Assembly: GCA_964016885.1 (NCBI GenBank)
Contig: OZ024740.1
Span: forward strand, 219,294,001-219,358,000
Length of the DNA stretch: 64,000 nt
Direction: 5' to 3'
From: Eledone cirrhosa
Taxonomy: Eukaryota
Below are positions 38,771 through 50,166 of this stretch, one piece after another. Positions within the stretch are counted from its first letter, which is position 1, and every line of letters starts with the position of its first letter. The notes beneath the pieces were generated by a model. That model did no database searches, was not told where the DNA came from, and saw only the letters and a list, made by a program, of their open reading frames with translations. Made by a program: the position numbers and the translations under genes.

Positions 38771-39515
38771 TTCTCTCTGTTGGCACAGGCCAGATGAGAT
38801 ACTTGGGGCAGAATTGTTTGGCCAAACATCCCCCCTGATGCCAAGTCTCTCTCGTCATTAAAGTAAGGTACAGATTTTCACATGTCTCACTGATAAGCTG
38901 TGAGACCTCTGTTTATATGAAAATATATATGATTATTACTAATAAGAGAAGAGACAAATGAACACAGACACACACACACACACTCAGACATGTACACACA
39001 CACACACACACACACACTCAGACATGTACACACACACATACATCATCATCATCATCATCATTTGTCGACTACTGTCGAGATGATGGATCTCACTCTCATG
39101 CCCCAGAATTCCCTGTCCAGGAACCCTGGTGCAGTTAGTTGCGAAATCCATCATCTTTTCAAATAGCTAATAATGTGTGTGGGCACCACTACTACACACA
39201 TGTGAAAGAATTTGACAGCCAAGTCTTGAAGAAGGTGCTTTCTCCTCCGTGTGGTGGGTTACCCAGCGCCAGATACCAACACACACACATACACACTCAC
39301 ACATGTACACACCCATATACTCACAGATATAATATTTAGTAAGGTTGACTCAGAGTTATGTATGTTATTCTGGAGATTTACAGAGTCAGCAGACAGGTCT
39401 AACCAAAAGCCCCTCTGGATACACAGGTAAAACCTCGGAGTAACCAGACACTGATTTGACCTAAATAAATATTATAAAACCCAACTATAGTATTGAGAAT
39501 GTCATTACTAAACAC

Positions 39516-39867
39516 ATCGTCATCATCATCATCATTTTACATCTGTTTTTCCCTGCTTGCAAGAGTGGGACAGGTCCTATTCAGCACAGCATCTCTCCAT
39601 TCATCACAGTCCTTCGTCATCTCCTCTGTGAGCTTCAGCGATCTGAGGTCAGCTCTCACCGCCTCCGCCCATGATTTTCGTGGTCTTCCTCTACTGCCTC
39701 TTCCTTCTACTGGGATTTCTTGGCACTTCTTTACCCAGAGGTTATCCTCCATGCACCTCACATGTCCATACCAATGCAGTCTTCTCTCCTGCACACTACA
39801 GCTTATCCCTCTTATACACAGTTTCTCTCTCAACTCGTCTATGCTTGGTCGTTCACGTACATTGACA
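39516..39867 (-). mobile_element. RTE lineage C 3' fragment
   Basis: WYGHVRCMED...GRPRKSW; terminus gtcccactcttgcaagcaggg...(GAT)n. Confidence 0.85.
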
Positions 39868-40190
39868 TATGAGGGTCAGCTAAAAGGTTCATTGGCTGAA
39901 CAAGATACTCTCTTGAGTTCTATTTTTCAACATAGTCTTTGGAAAGAAACAAGGCAGTTATTAATAAGAAGAGTTGAATTTAATGCATGCATGATTTCAC
40001 AGCTCTAGCATCACTCCTTCATATAGCACCACCCTCGTAATTATGATATGTATATATATACATAGAGAGATAGATGGAAATGTTACATATACTCCCATCA
40101 TTGCATCTGAGCCAAGGTCTTTTCTTTAATTCATGGATCACTGGACATGTCAGTGAAACGATAGAGACCAATATAATATATATATATATA

Positions 40191-40358
40191 GGAAAAAGTA
40201 TGACCCCGGTGGCAGAGCTCAAGCCATTTCGACAGCTATTCCAGAAATAGCCATCGAAACGTTGGGGTCATACTTTTTCCTATTACCCACTCTACTACCC
40301 TAAGTATTGAGTACTCTGGTGCGTTATGGTCCATCTGGTTCCTTACCACTATTCCTTC

Positions 40359-40360
<2 letters not shown>
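40191..40360 (+). mobile_element. Second copy of the 8371 fold-back element
   Basis: High identity to 8371-8562 with a small right-arm deletion; (TA)n on both sides. Confidence 0.75.
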
Positions 40361-40404
<44 letters not shown>

Positions 40405-40770
40405 AATCACTACCTCCCTATGGACAACTGACGCTGCACACCAGGTCCGGACACGGAAGATCCAAACTCCCACTGTCATTGCCTCCATCTCTCTTGCCCC
40501 CCTCCCCCATCACTCTGTATTATGAGCAAATAAGGTCCCACATGGTGGAGGTCCACGTCCCCGGCAGACAGAATGGAGAAGGCGTTTCCCTGGAGGATGG
40601 TAAGGGTGATGCGCTGACTTCTATATGATTAGAACTATTTGGGGTATCATCAGGAATGTAATGTAGAAGTTATTTTTAGATAAAATAAATTTGCTTACTC
40701 TCTACTAATGTATTCAGTACTATGTTTTACTGTGGTTATTTCCTAATCCCCTTCAGGATACTATCCTTAA

Positions 40771-40990
40771 CCCTTTAATGTTCAAACCGGCCAAAAGCGA
40801 CCAAAATTCTCTACCTCTTTCTGTTGAAACTGGCTGTAAATGGTTGCTCAAACTGATGTTAAGGTATTGTTCTCAAAATAAATACTTTCAAAATCTCATA
40901 GATTCGATATTATGTGAGATAATTATGCGAGGTAAAGCCTTTACCATGAAAATATAATAGTATATATAGAGTAATGTGAATGCTAAAGGG
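40771..40990. mobile_element. piggyBac-type MITE (family I)
   Basis: TTAA|CCCTTTA...TAAAGGG|TTAA. Confidence 0.85.
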
Positions 40991-41457
40991 TTAATTATAT
41001 ATATATAATTTTCATTCTGTCATTACCACAGTAGGGGTCCAACAAGCTTTTGATTCCAGAGTCTAACCCATGCTAGCATGGAAGATGGACATTAAACGAT
41101 GATGATGGTGATATATATATATATATATATATATTGTTATACTTTGGGAGGGTCATGTTGCTAATACAAACACACACACACACACATATATATTGTATCC
41201 CTATATGTATTTTTTACATGTAGGAACACATACTTTATTATTATTAATCTCCCCTAAGGTTGAGATAACATTTGGTCGTTTGAACTGCTGCTATTTCTAG
41301 TGGCAGGACATTGACCTTTCCGCCCTTGCCTTCTGTCTTTACACACGGCACTAGACAAGATTGGTTCCTTCCTCATTCACTCTCATCCGGGAACGGTTTT
41401 GTTTGGCGCCAGTTTGTGATTTGAACTCGGGAATTTTATATTCTCCGAGCAAGAAGA

Positions 41458-41541
41458 ACCTTCTGACGAGAATCCCCTTCTCAATGGTTATCCACTTGGA
41501 TTATCCATTTATTTTGGGGTTTGAAACCGCGCGGTAAAGGT
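41458..41541 (+). ncRNA. Type-I hammerhead ribozyme with intact core
   Basis: acctt-CTGACGA-gaatccc...gggttt-GAA-ACCGCGCGGT-A-aaggt; perfect 5-bp stem I; palindromic stem III; predicted cleavage after GUA (41536). Confidence 0.8.
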
Positions 41542-41628
41542 ACATATAGTAAGTACAGCAAACTTTTTAAAATTTATTTTAAAACTTTTTCTCTATTTGC
41601 TAAACCTTGATTTTATATATATATATAT

Positions 41629-42768
41629 ATCATCATCATCATCATCATCATCAACGTTTAACGTCCGTGTTCCACGCTTGCATGGGTTTGGACGGGGGTA
41701 GTCCCACTTGAGGCAAGAGTGATTGTCTTGCTCGCATAGGACTGTCTGGCAGGTTTTCTACAGTTGGATGCCCTTCCTAACACCAACCACATTTACAGTG
41801 TGGGTCTGGGAGGTTTTTACCGTGTTGCCTACACGGCCACATTACAGCGTGGACTGTGTGTTTTTTTGTCGTGACACCTACACGATCTCATTTGTTTCGG
41901 CCTCGATGGCGCGGCACCAACATAACTTTACATGGAACGGGGTGGTGTGGATGGGGTGGGGGTGGTGGTGGTGGGACGGGGTGTATTTTGTTAGAGATGC
42001 CTACTGGCTGGAGTAGGTTTTACTATATATTTAGGTAAGGCGGGTCTTCTCTGTTACTGAGTACCGCCAAAGGTCTCGGTCCAGTGACATTGTCTTGGAG
42101 AGGTGTAAGTGTGTGATGTCGGAGTTTATCAGCTCGTCCCAGGTTTTTCTAGGTCTGCCTATTCCGTGACTACCGTCTATCTTTATTGCCCTGCACTTTG
42201 TTATACAGCTATCGACTTTCATGCGCATCACGTGTCCATACCAACGTAGCCTTCTCTCGAGTAAACAACATCTGATCCCTCTTATCTCTAATTTTTTCCT
42301 TAGTTCGTTTATGCTTTGCCGTTCACGTATATGACTGTTACACATCCAGCGGAGCATGCAAGCTTCGTTCCTCTCTAGTCTGCGTATATCCTCTGCACAC
42401 AATGCCCAGGTCTCACTGCCATGCAGCATTGCTGTTCGTATGCAGGCATCGTACAACCTGCCTTTCATTTTTAGTGAGAACCCTTTAGCAGCTAATAGTG
42501 GTATAAGCTCTCTGAACTTTTTCCAACCAGTTCTGACTCTAGCTACAGTACTTTCAGAGCACCCTCCCCCACTGCTGATTTTATCGCCCAGGTAACGGAA
42601 GCTGTCCACTATTTCTATAGAACCCTCTGCGCAATTGAAAGAGCTAGTATTTTGTGGGCACTTGCTGCTACTTATTGCACCAGAGCACCGGCCACATGTA
42701 AAATCTATGTTCTTAGTTAGCTTACCTGTGATCCCACTACATCTTTTATGCACCCATACTTTGCATTT

Positions 42769-42774
<6 letters not shown>
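41629..42774 (-). mobile_element. 5'-truncated RTE LINE lineage B
   Basis: Uninterrupted 240-aa frame 42031-42753 with CPKC..WVHKRC...CGRC, FRYLGD, LYDACIRTAMLHGSETW; complete 3'UTR; (AT)n on both sides. Confidence 0.92.
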
Positions 42775-42840
<66 letters not shown>

Positions 42841-42843
<3 letters not shown>

Positions 42844-43239
42844 ATAAAAGGACGATTTTTTATGTCTTCATTATGTTTATTGAGTAGTGATGTGTACTTT
42901 GCTATTGATTAGCTCAAGGTTCGATCTGTATCAATCTGGCCCAACTCTGGAATCAAAAGCTCGTCATTTATAAATTCAATGTATTTTCATTCTGTCATTA
43001 CCACAGCAGAGGTCCAATGAGTTTTTGATTCCAGAGTCGGGCAAGATCGATACAGATCAAACGTTGAGCTGATCAATAGTGAAACATGCATCACTACTCA
43101 ATAAACGTAATGAAGACAACAAATCGTCTTGCTATTATTATATTCACACTCCGTTTAGTTTTATAGCTCTTTACAGACGGGAAACTACACAGCAAGTGCT
43201 CACTGGATGAACCTACAGTAACTGCATGTTATACTCCCT
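42841..43239 (+). mobile_element. Fold-back element with one-sided tail in (TA)n, decayed hammerhead; a fragment also lies at 41009-41065
   Basis: Inverted arms about 42841-42966 / 43018-43142, tail 43143-43239. Confidence 0.7.
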
Positions 43240-43629
43240 ATATATCATCATCATCATCGTTTTACGTCCGTTCTTCCATGCTAGCATGGGTTAGACGGGT
43301 TGTCCTGTTGTGGGCAGTGTCTGGTCGGCTGACCATGCCATGCTCATACAGGAACTGATTTTGGCTTGATTTCTACAGCTGGATGCCCTTCCTAACACCA
43401 ACCTCATTTACAGTGAGTGCTGGGTGCTTTTTCCGTGGCGCCTTCACGTCCACTTTACAGTGTGGGCTGGGTGCTTTTTTTGCCGTGGCACCTCCACGAC
43501 CACCTTGCAGTGGGAGGGTGTGGGGGCATATTGTCTATATGCTTCAGCATCATCATCATCATCGTTAACGTCTATCTTCCATGCTAGCATGGGTTAGGTG
43601 ATCAGATTAGTAAGGGAGGAGGGTGTTCC

Positions 43630-44121
43630 GAGGCCATAGTATACGAACGAAAGGCCAGTTATATGATGCCTGTGTGAGATGCTTGATGCTGCATGGTAGT
43701 GAAACAAGGGCAGCATCTGTGGAGGATATGTGATGGGTGGAGAGAAATGAAGCCAGCATGCTCTGTTGAGTGTGCGATGTCAATGTGCGTGAACGACCAA
43801 GCATAGACGAGTTGAGAAAGAAACTGTGTACAAGAGGGATAGGCTGTAGTGTGCGGGAGAGAAGATTATGTTGGTACGGACATGTTATGTGCATTGAGGA
43901 TGACCGCTGGGTAAAGAAGTGCCAAGAAATCCCAGTAGAAGGAAGACACAGTTGAGAAAGACCACGAAAAACAAGGGTGGAGATCAGACCTCAGATCGCT
44001 AAAGTTCACGGAGGAGATGACAAAGGAACGTGACGAATGGAGAGATGCTGTGCTGGATAGGGCCTATCCCACCTTGCAAGCAGGGAAAAGCAGACATAAA
44101 ATGATGATGATGATGATGATG
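43630..44121 (+). mobile_element. RTE lineage C 3' fragment (a shorter one lies at 45128-45366)
   Basis: RERRLCWYGHVMCIEDDRWVKKC; (GAT)n tail. Confidence 0.85.
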
Positions 44122-44960
44122 ATATATATAATTTCTGCTTTGACTCTAAAGCAGGATCATATATATCAAGAATTTAAAATAGTATAGAATATAAAGCATT
44201 CAAACAGTAAATGAATGAGCACTCAATACTGGTGAGAGGAGTGTAGAAATTTTCTTGCCTTGACTTATCACTGGGTGCAGATATTACTTCACAAGTCCCT
44301 CACCAGTGGAGGAGGGGTAATGTGTGCAGACCCGACTGGTTAGAGGCACATAGTCACAAATCTACATGTGAGCAGCTTTAGTCTTATCCTAACATTGCTG
44401 CACTGTTAACCTGAACAGCAACAATCTTCGGCAGAGTCTTGATCATCTGAGCAGCCCATTTTGGGGATGCTCTGCTCACCCATACCCCATGGGAAGGGTC
44501 TAGAAAAGTAACCTAAACAAAGCCTGTTCAGTCATCAAACTGGCCAGCAACCTGCAGTTAGCGGTGGTTCATAATAGCAGGGAATTTGTTGAGGAGATGG
44601 CTGTCCTCTGTAAAGAAGTTGCAGTTATCATATATATATATATTATGATTAATACATTTTACATGTATGAATCATAATAAATAAGCTGTCTTTGACTAGA
44701 TAGAGTGCTCATTTCCTTTTTCCTTCCTCCAGTCATTTTCTTTCCACACACATACGCATGTACATATATATGTGGTACAATTTTCTTCTGCTAAATTCAC
44801 TCGCAAGGCATTGATCAGTCTGTGTCTATAGTAGAAGATATAGAGCAAGTGGGATAGAACCCAAGACCAAATGGCTGCCAATTGAACTTTTTAACCTCAT
44901 ACAGCCATTCCTGTGTATTTGGTGTTAAAAATTATAACTGTATTGATTTTGAAATATTAT

Positions 44961-44997
<37 letters not shown>

Positions 44998-47304
44998 GTT
45001 ATCATAGCTATGTGATGAAGAGAAAACAGTTATGATATAAAGACATAATAGTTATGATAAGCAGAATGCAAATAGTTATGATAACATTGTGTGTCAAGAC
45101 TATCCTTGATATTAAACAGTTATATCCAGGAGAGAAGACTGCATTGGTATGGACATGTGGTGCACTGGAAATTCCAGTGGAAGGGAACTGCAGTAGAGGT
45201 AGACTAAGAAAGATCTGGGCAGAGGTGGTGAGAGCTGACTTCAAATCATTGAGACTCACAGAGGAGATGATGAAGGAATGTGATGGGTGGAGAGATGCCA
45301 TACTGAGAAGGACCCATCCAACCCATGCAAGCATGGAAAAACGGATGTAAAAATGATGATGATGATAATGATTGATATATATTCATAGCTATTATAGACA
45401 CATGATGAAGAGAAGACAATTCTGATAAAAAGACATAATAGTTATAATAACCAGAATGCAAATAGCTATGATAACAGTGTGTGTTAAAGCCTTCTTTGAT
45501 ATTAAACAGTTATATCCATACCAAAATGCGATTTGTCTTTGATGAATAAACAATACACTCAAATGAATTTCTCCATTTTGTCTGTTTGAAATAAATATAA
45601 AGAGCTTTTATCTGTCTTCTCACTTATTTGATAGGCCTCCTGGGACAGTTGAACTAAATGTCATTTACTGCAGTCACCATTAGAGTATATTGTACTGTAA
45701 TTGTAAGACTAACATAATGATAGTTATTAACATGAAATATTCTTGCTGAAAATCAAAGCATGCATTGGGCATTGAATTTTGAATTTTTCTGTGTTTCGGA
45801 ATTCAGAGATGAAACATCTTCAGATCTATTAATTGATACTGAAATATTTTAAATGTTACCCAAATTAATGGTTTCCTTCAAGGAATCAAAGAAAAGGATA
45901 TGGTAAATCTTATTTTAACCTCTTTCACACTAAATTGCTTAAAATTGTCCCTGGTTCTATGAAACAAAGCAACCAATTTTAAAGAGATCCTATTTAAAAT
46001 AAAATTTCTCCCCACAAAGTTTGATACAAGAACCTTTTGTTAAATTAAGTTACAAATACCATCTCCTCCTCCTCGTCCTCATCCCCCCCCCCCCATCATC
46101 ATCATCATCATCATCATCATAGTTATTATTGTTGTTGTTTAACTCTGTTTTCCTTGCTACCATGGGATAGGCATGTCGTCACGGACCAAAAAGTTCTCAT
46201 ACAGAATCTCTGACCTCCGTGTGGGCCTGGATGCTTGACATATGATTCCATGCTTTCTGTGTGTATTTTATCACGGTACCAACTCTAGCAAGTTGCCATG
46301 TTGTTGGTATAGCTGAAGAGTCTTCTTGACTCTTTGTTTGGCATATTTTCAATGGCTGGAAGCCATTCTTAACACCAACCACTTTATTGAGTGTATTGGG
46401 TAAGAGTGTACTTGTGTCGATCATCAGATTGTACTGGATGCAATTAATCATGGCACCAGCACTAGGAAGGAAGGTTGACATGTCTTTGACACAGCTGAAG
46501 AGTCCTTCCGACCCTTTGTTTGGCAAGTTTTCTATGGCTAGTTGCCCTTCTTATCACCAACCACTTGGCAATTTTTGTAATGCTCTCAAAATTCTTTAAT
46601 ACAGTTAATACCATTAAAAACATGGTAATGAAAGGGTTAAACCATATTTATAGCAGCTTATGTTTTTATTTTACACCACCTTTTTTTTAAGTATTGAGAA
46701 ATGGATTAACCTTGTTAAAGAGATCTTGGCCTTAATAGAAGAGAACCACAAGAAAGTTAAATTATTAAATTATTGAATTAATTTGGTACTGAAAATATTT
46801 TCATTAAATGTTAAAAAAAATATTTTTGTTTAAAAGTACCAGAATAATAATAAAGCATATAAACTACATGAATTACAGCCACCACAAACAATCGAGTATG
46901 ACTTGGTAGTATGTATCATGTTTTTATTAAGAGATTTAGGTTCCATGCAGTCAGAAGCTGACACAGACACCCTCTTAACTATTCCTCCCTTGATCTAGCT
47001 GAATAAAATTCAGGATGTGGAGGGAGAGGCTTGCATTAGCACTAGACTGGTACTTTCTTTGAACACAGAAAGTTGGAACAAATATCCAATGCTGTAATAT
47101 CTCAGCCAAATTGAATGCATCTAAAGCATATAAGATATGTGGAATAAAGAAGGTATGGGAGACAGAGCTGATGAAATCATTAAATATCTGCTGGATCAAT
47201 GGTTCAGATTTTGACATGATGATGAAGCTTTTAGTGGTTCTCTGTCATTTCGTTGAGTTATGGAGTGCTACTACTTATTTTATGTGCAGGAATATATATA
47301 TGCA

Positions 47305-48113
47305 TATCATCATCATCATCATCATCATCGTTTTTATGTCCGCTTTTCCATGTTTATATGGATTGGACAGTTCCTTCTCTGCATGGCATCTCTCCAGTTG
47401 TCGCATTCCTTCGTCATCTCCTCTGCCAGTCTCAATGATTTAAGATCCGCTCTCACAACCTCTGCGCAGGTCTTTTTGGTTGTCGTCTACTGTGGCTTCC
47501 TTCAACTGGGATTTCCTGGCATTTCTTCACCCATCAGTCATTGTCCATTTCCATCACATGTCCATACCAACGCAGTCTTCTCTCCTGCACACCAACTTGG
47601 ATTTCCCTTAAACCCAGCTTCTCCCTCAGCTCATCCAAGCTCTGCCTTACTTTCACATCCAACGAAACATGGTTGCTTCATTTCTCTCCAATCTATTCAT
47701 GTCCTCTGCAGTCACAGCATGTTTCACTACCATGCAGCACCACACAAAGCACATAGGCATCATACAGCCTTCCTTTGGTATGTTGGGATAAAAATCTTGT
47801 ATCGTCAACAGTGGGAGTAGTTCTCTAAACTTCTTCCATCCTATCCTTATTCTAGCTATTATACTCTCGGTGCTCCCTCCTCACTGCTAATTAAGTCACC
47901 TAGAGAGCAGAAGCTATCAACCATCCTGTGACTGGAAAAGGTTTATATCATTGGCATTCTTCCTCTTAATTTCTCCTGTACATCTTCTACAAGCAAAGTT
48001 CTCCCTTCCTGTTAGTCTACATCTTTTGTGTACCCAGGATTTACATTGCGTACCTGTATGGAGTTTATACCTACTCCTTTTCTACATATTAAGCATGGCC
48101 ACTTCCCTGAGGC
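47305..48113 (-). mobile_element. Degenerate RTE fragment including the Cys-rich module
   Basis: SGKWPCLICRKGVGINSI, DSFCSLGD and lineage-C-type terminus. Confidence 0.8.
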
Positions 48114-48535
48114 AATATATATATATTTGTACGTATGTAAGGGCAGGTGTAAACCTGACCACGATGCATTGAGTAAGCTTACTACATACAAGCTGAAAAT
48201 GCTAAGCGTCATGGTTGGGTTTATACCTTCTTTTATATACACTCTGCTCCTTCCATACATATAGTACTACCTTGATTTGTGGTCTTCTTGGCTCAGCACT
48301 GTAGTCTTTCGCTATATATATATGTAAAATTATAAGTTTGAAGAATAGTCAGACAAAATTTATCCAATTTGTTTCTTCTCAATCTGTAGAAGTTAACTGG
48401 ATAAATAATTATTTATCCAGTATAAATGATTATAATCATTTATACGGAGCTAAGTTTAAAATGTAACTTTGAAGAAATAACAGATAAATGTTATCGATAT
48501 TCCTTTATGAGGAGCAGTCAGATAAAATTTACCTA

Positions 48536-49716
48536 CCGTATATACTCGCGTATAGGTTGCACTTTTTTAACGATAAATAAGTATAAATTTTTGGGGTGCG
48601 ACCTATCCGATCGACATCAGACTGACCAATGATTTTTCATAGACTTAATCAACAATGGGTATTTATAAAAATAACTTTGTTAATATTTTTTATTATTTAA
48701 CATAATAATTTCATATATCTACCTTCTTATACATATATTTCTTGATTTTAAATTTTTTACTAAAACTTCGTAGTGTTTACGTTTTTTTCTATCAGACCGA
48801 ACCATCCGTCATTAAAATCCATAGAAATGCATACCCGGTATTTAAAATGGGATTTCATTGTCTTAACGTTGCTATGAACACGTATTGTGACGTATTTACT
48901 TTAACAGGAAACAGATTATTGCATGTGGTGAATTAATTAAAAATGCAAATATAATCAGTACAAGGTTTTAGTCTTTCTCTACATTCCAGGCAAATATTTT
49001 CGTTGAAAAAAATGTATAAAACCTTTTCACCAGTCAAAATAATATTTGCAATGTACTCTTACACAATGTACGGTGTAAATTGACGTAACAGAATGTTCCC
49101 AATATATAAGTTCATTAACAGGTGTGAACATGTATTGGTGTTGTATCTTTCAACCACGTTGCTGTAATATTTTCAATGATGTCCGTCAGATCTTCGCTTT
49201 CACTTTCAAAGTAACTATCATCGTCAGAAATAAATACGTCTGATTCATTTGAAGATAAATCACTAATATTATCTTGTGTTTCTTTTTCATTTGGAATGTC
49301 GTCGCATGTAAAACCTTCAAAGTCGGTATTCGCTACTTTGGGAAGCCATGTTGATACGCAAAAAATCTGTTATACTTTCAACGTTAAAAAACACGTGCTA
49401 TTTCAAGTTGTTTCACTATATTAAGAGTTAATTTTCATGCTTAAAGGCTTCATCTCGCAGTAATCTCGAATTGGCAAGATTTCGATGACGTTACTGTTTA
49501 TTTTATAAATAAAACATGGTTTGGAGTATATATCGCAATGGCGAAGTAATGGAAAGCTAACAGATTATTAGTTTCAATTATCATAAAAAATAGTAGTTTG
49601 GCGGCCCAAATTTCAGTGCGACCTATCTGCGAGTTAATGCCAAATAGCCTATTTGTTAAATGAAAAGTGGGTATGCGACCTATCTGCCGGGGTGACCTAT
49701 ACGCGAGTATATACGG
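48536..49716. mobile_element. Non-autonomous Tc2/pogo-type DNA transposon
   Basis: TA|CCGTATATACTCGCGTATAGGT ... ACCTATACGCGAGTATATACGG|TA perfect 22-bp TIR; subterminal gcgacctat repeats. Confidence 0.88.
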
Positions 49717-50121
49717 TAATCTTTCCTCTTAGTCCGTAGAAATTAACCAAACAAATAATCATTTAAATGTAAGTTTGAAGAAAAAAATAGATAAACGTTA
49801 CCAAAATTCTCCCAGTTCCGACTATCGATAGTTTCACTCATACTTGGGGAAATGTCTAATCATTGCATTATCCATGAGGCTTCAAGCTTTTCAAGAGACT
49901 CCCTCAGTTAGGACCGAAATTTTCAAATTGATTGCCGTCAGTAATGGATTCAAAAGGGGTGAAAAACATCACGTGGCTAGCAGTCAAAATAGAAGTGTTG
50001 TGAAGGGTAGGCTGGTGGCAAGTAAGTTCATTGCTAGAAGAAGCCCACACCATTAAAGGTAGCCAACACTCATATATGTATCTGTGACTATGTTTAAATA
50101 TATATGTGGCCTATATGATTT

Positions 50122-50166
<45 letters not shown>

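Noticed and set aside
38262-38861. Poly-Ile, poly-Met and poly-Asp ORFs (also 6171-6638)
   Set aside because: Degenerate (CAT)n tracts read in different frames
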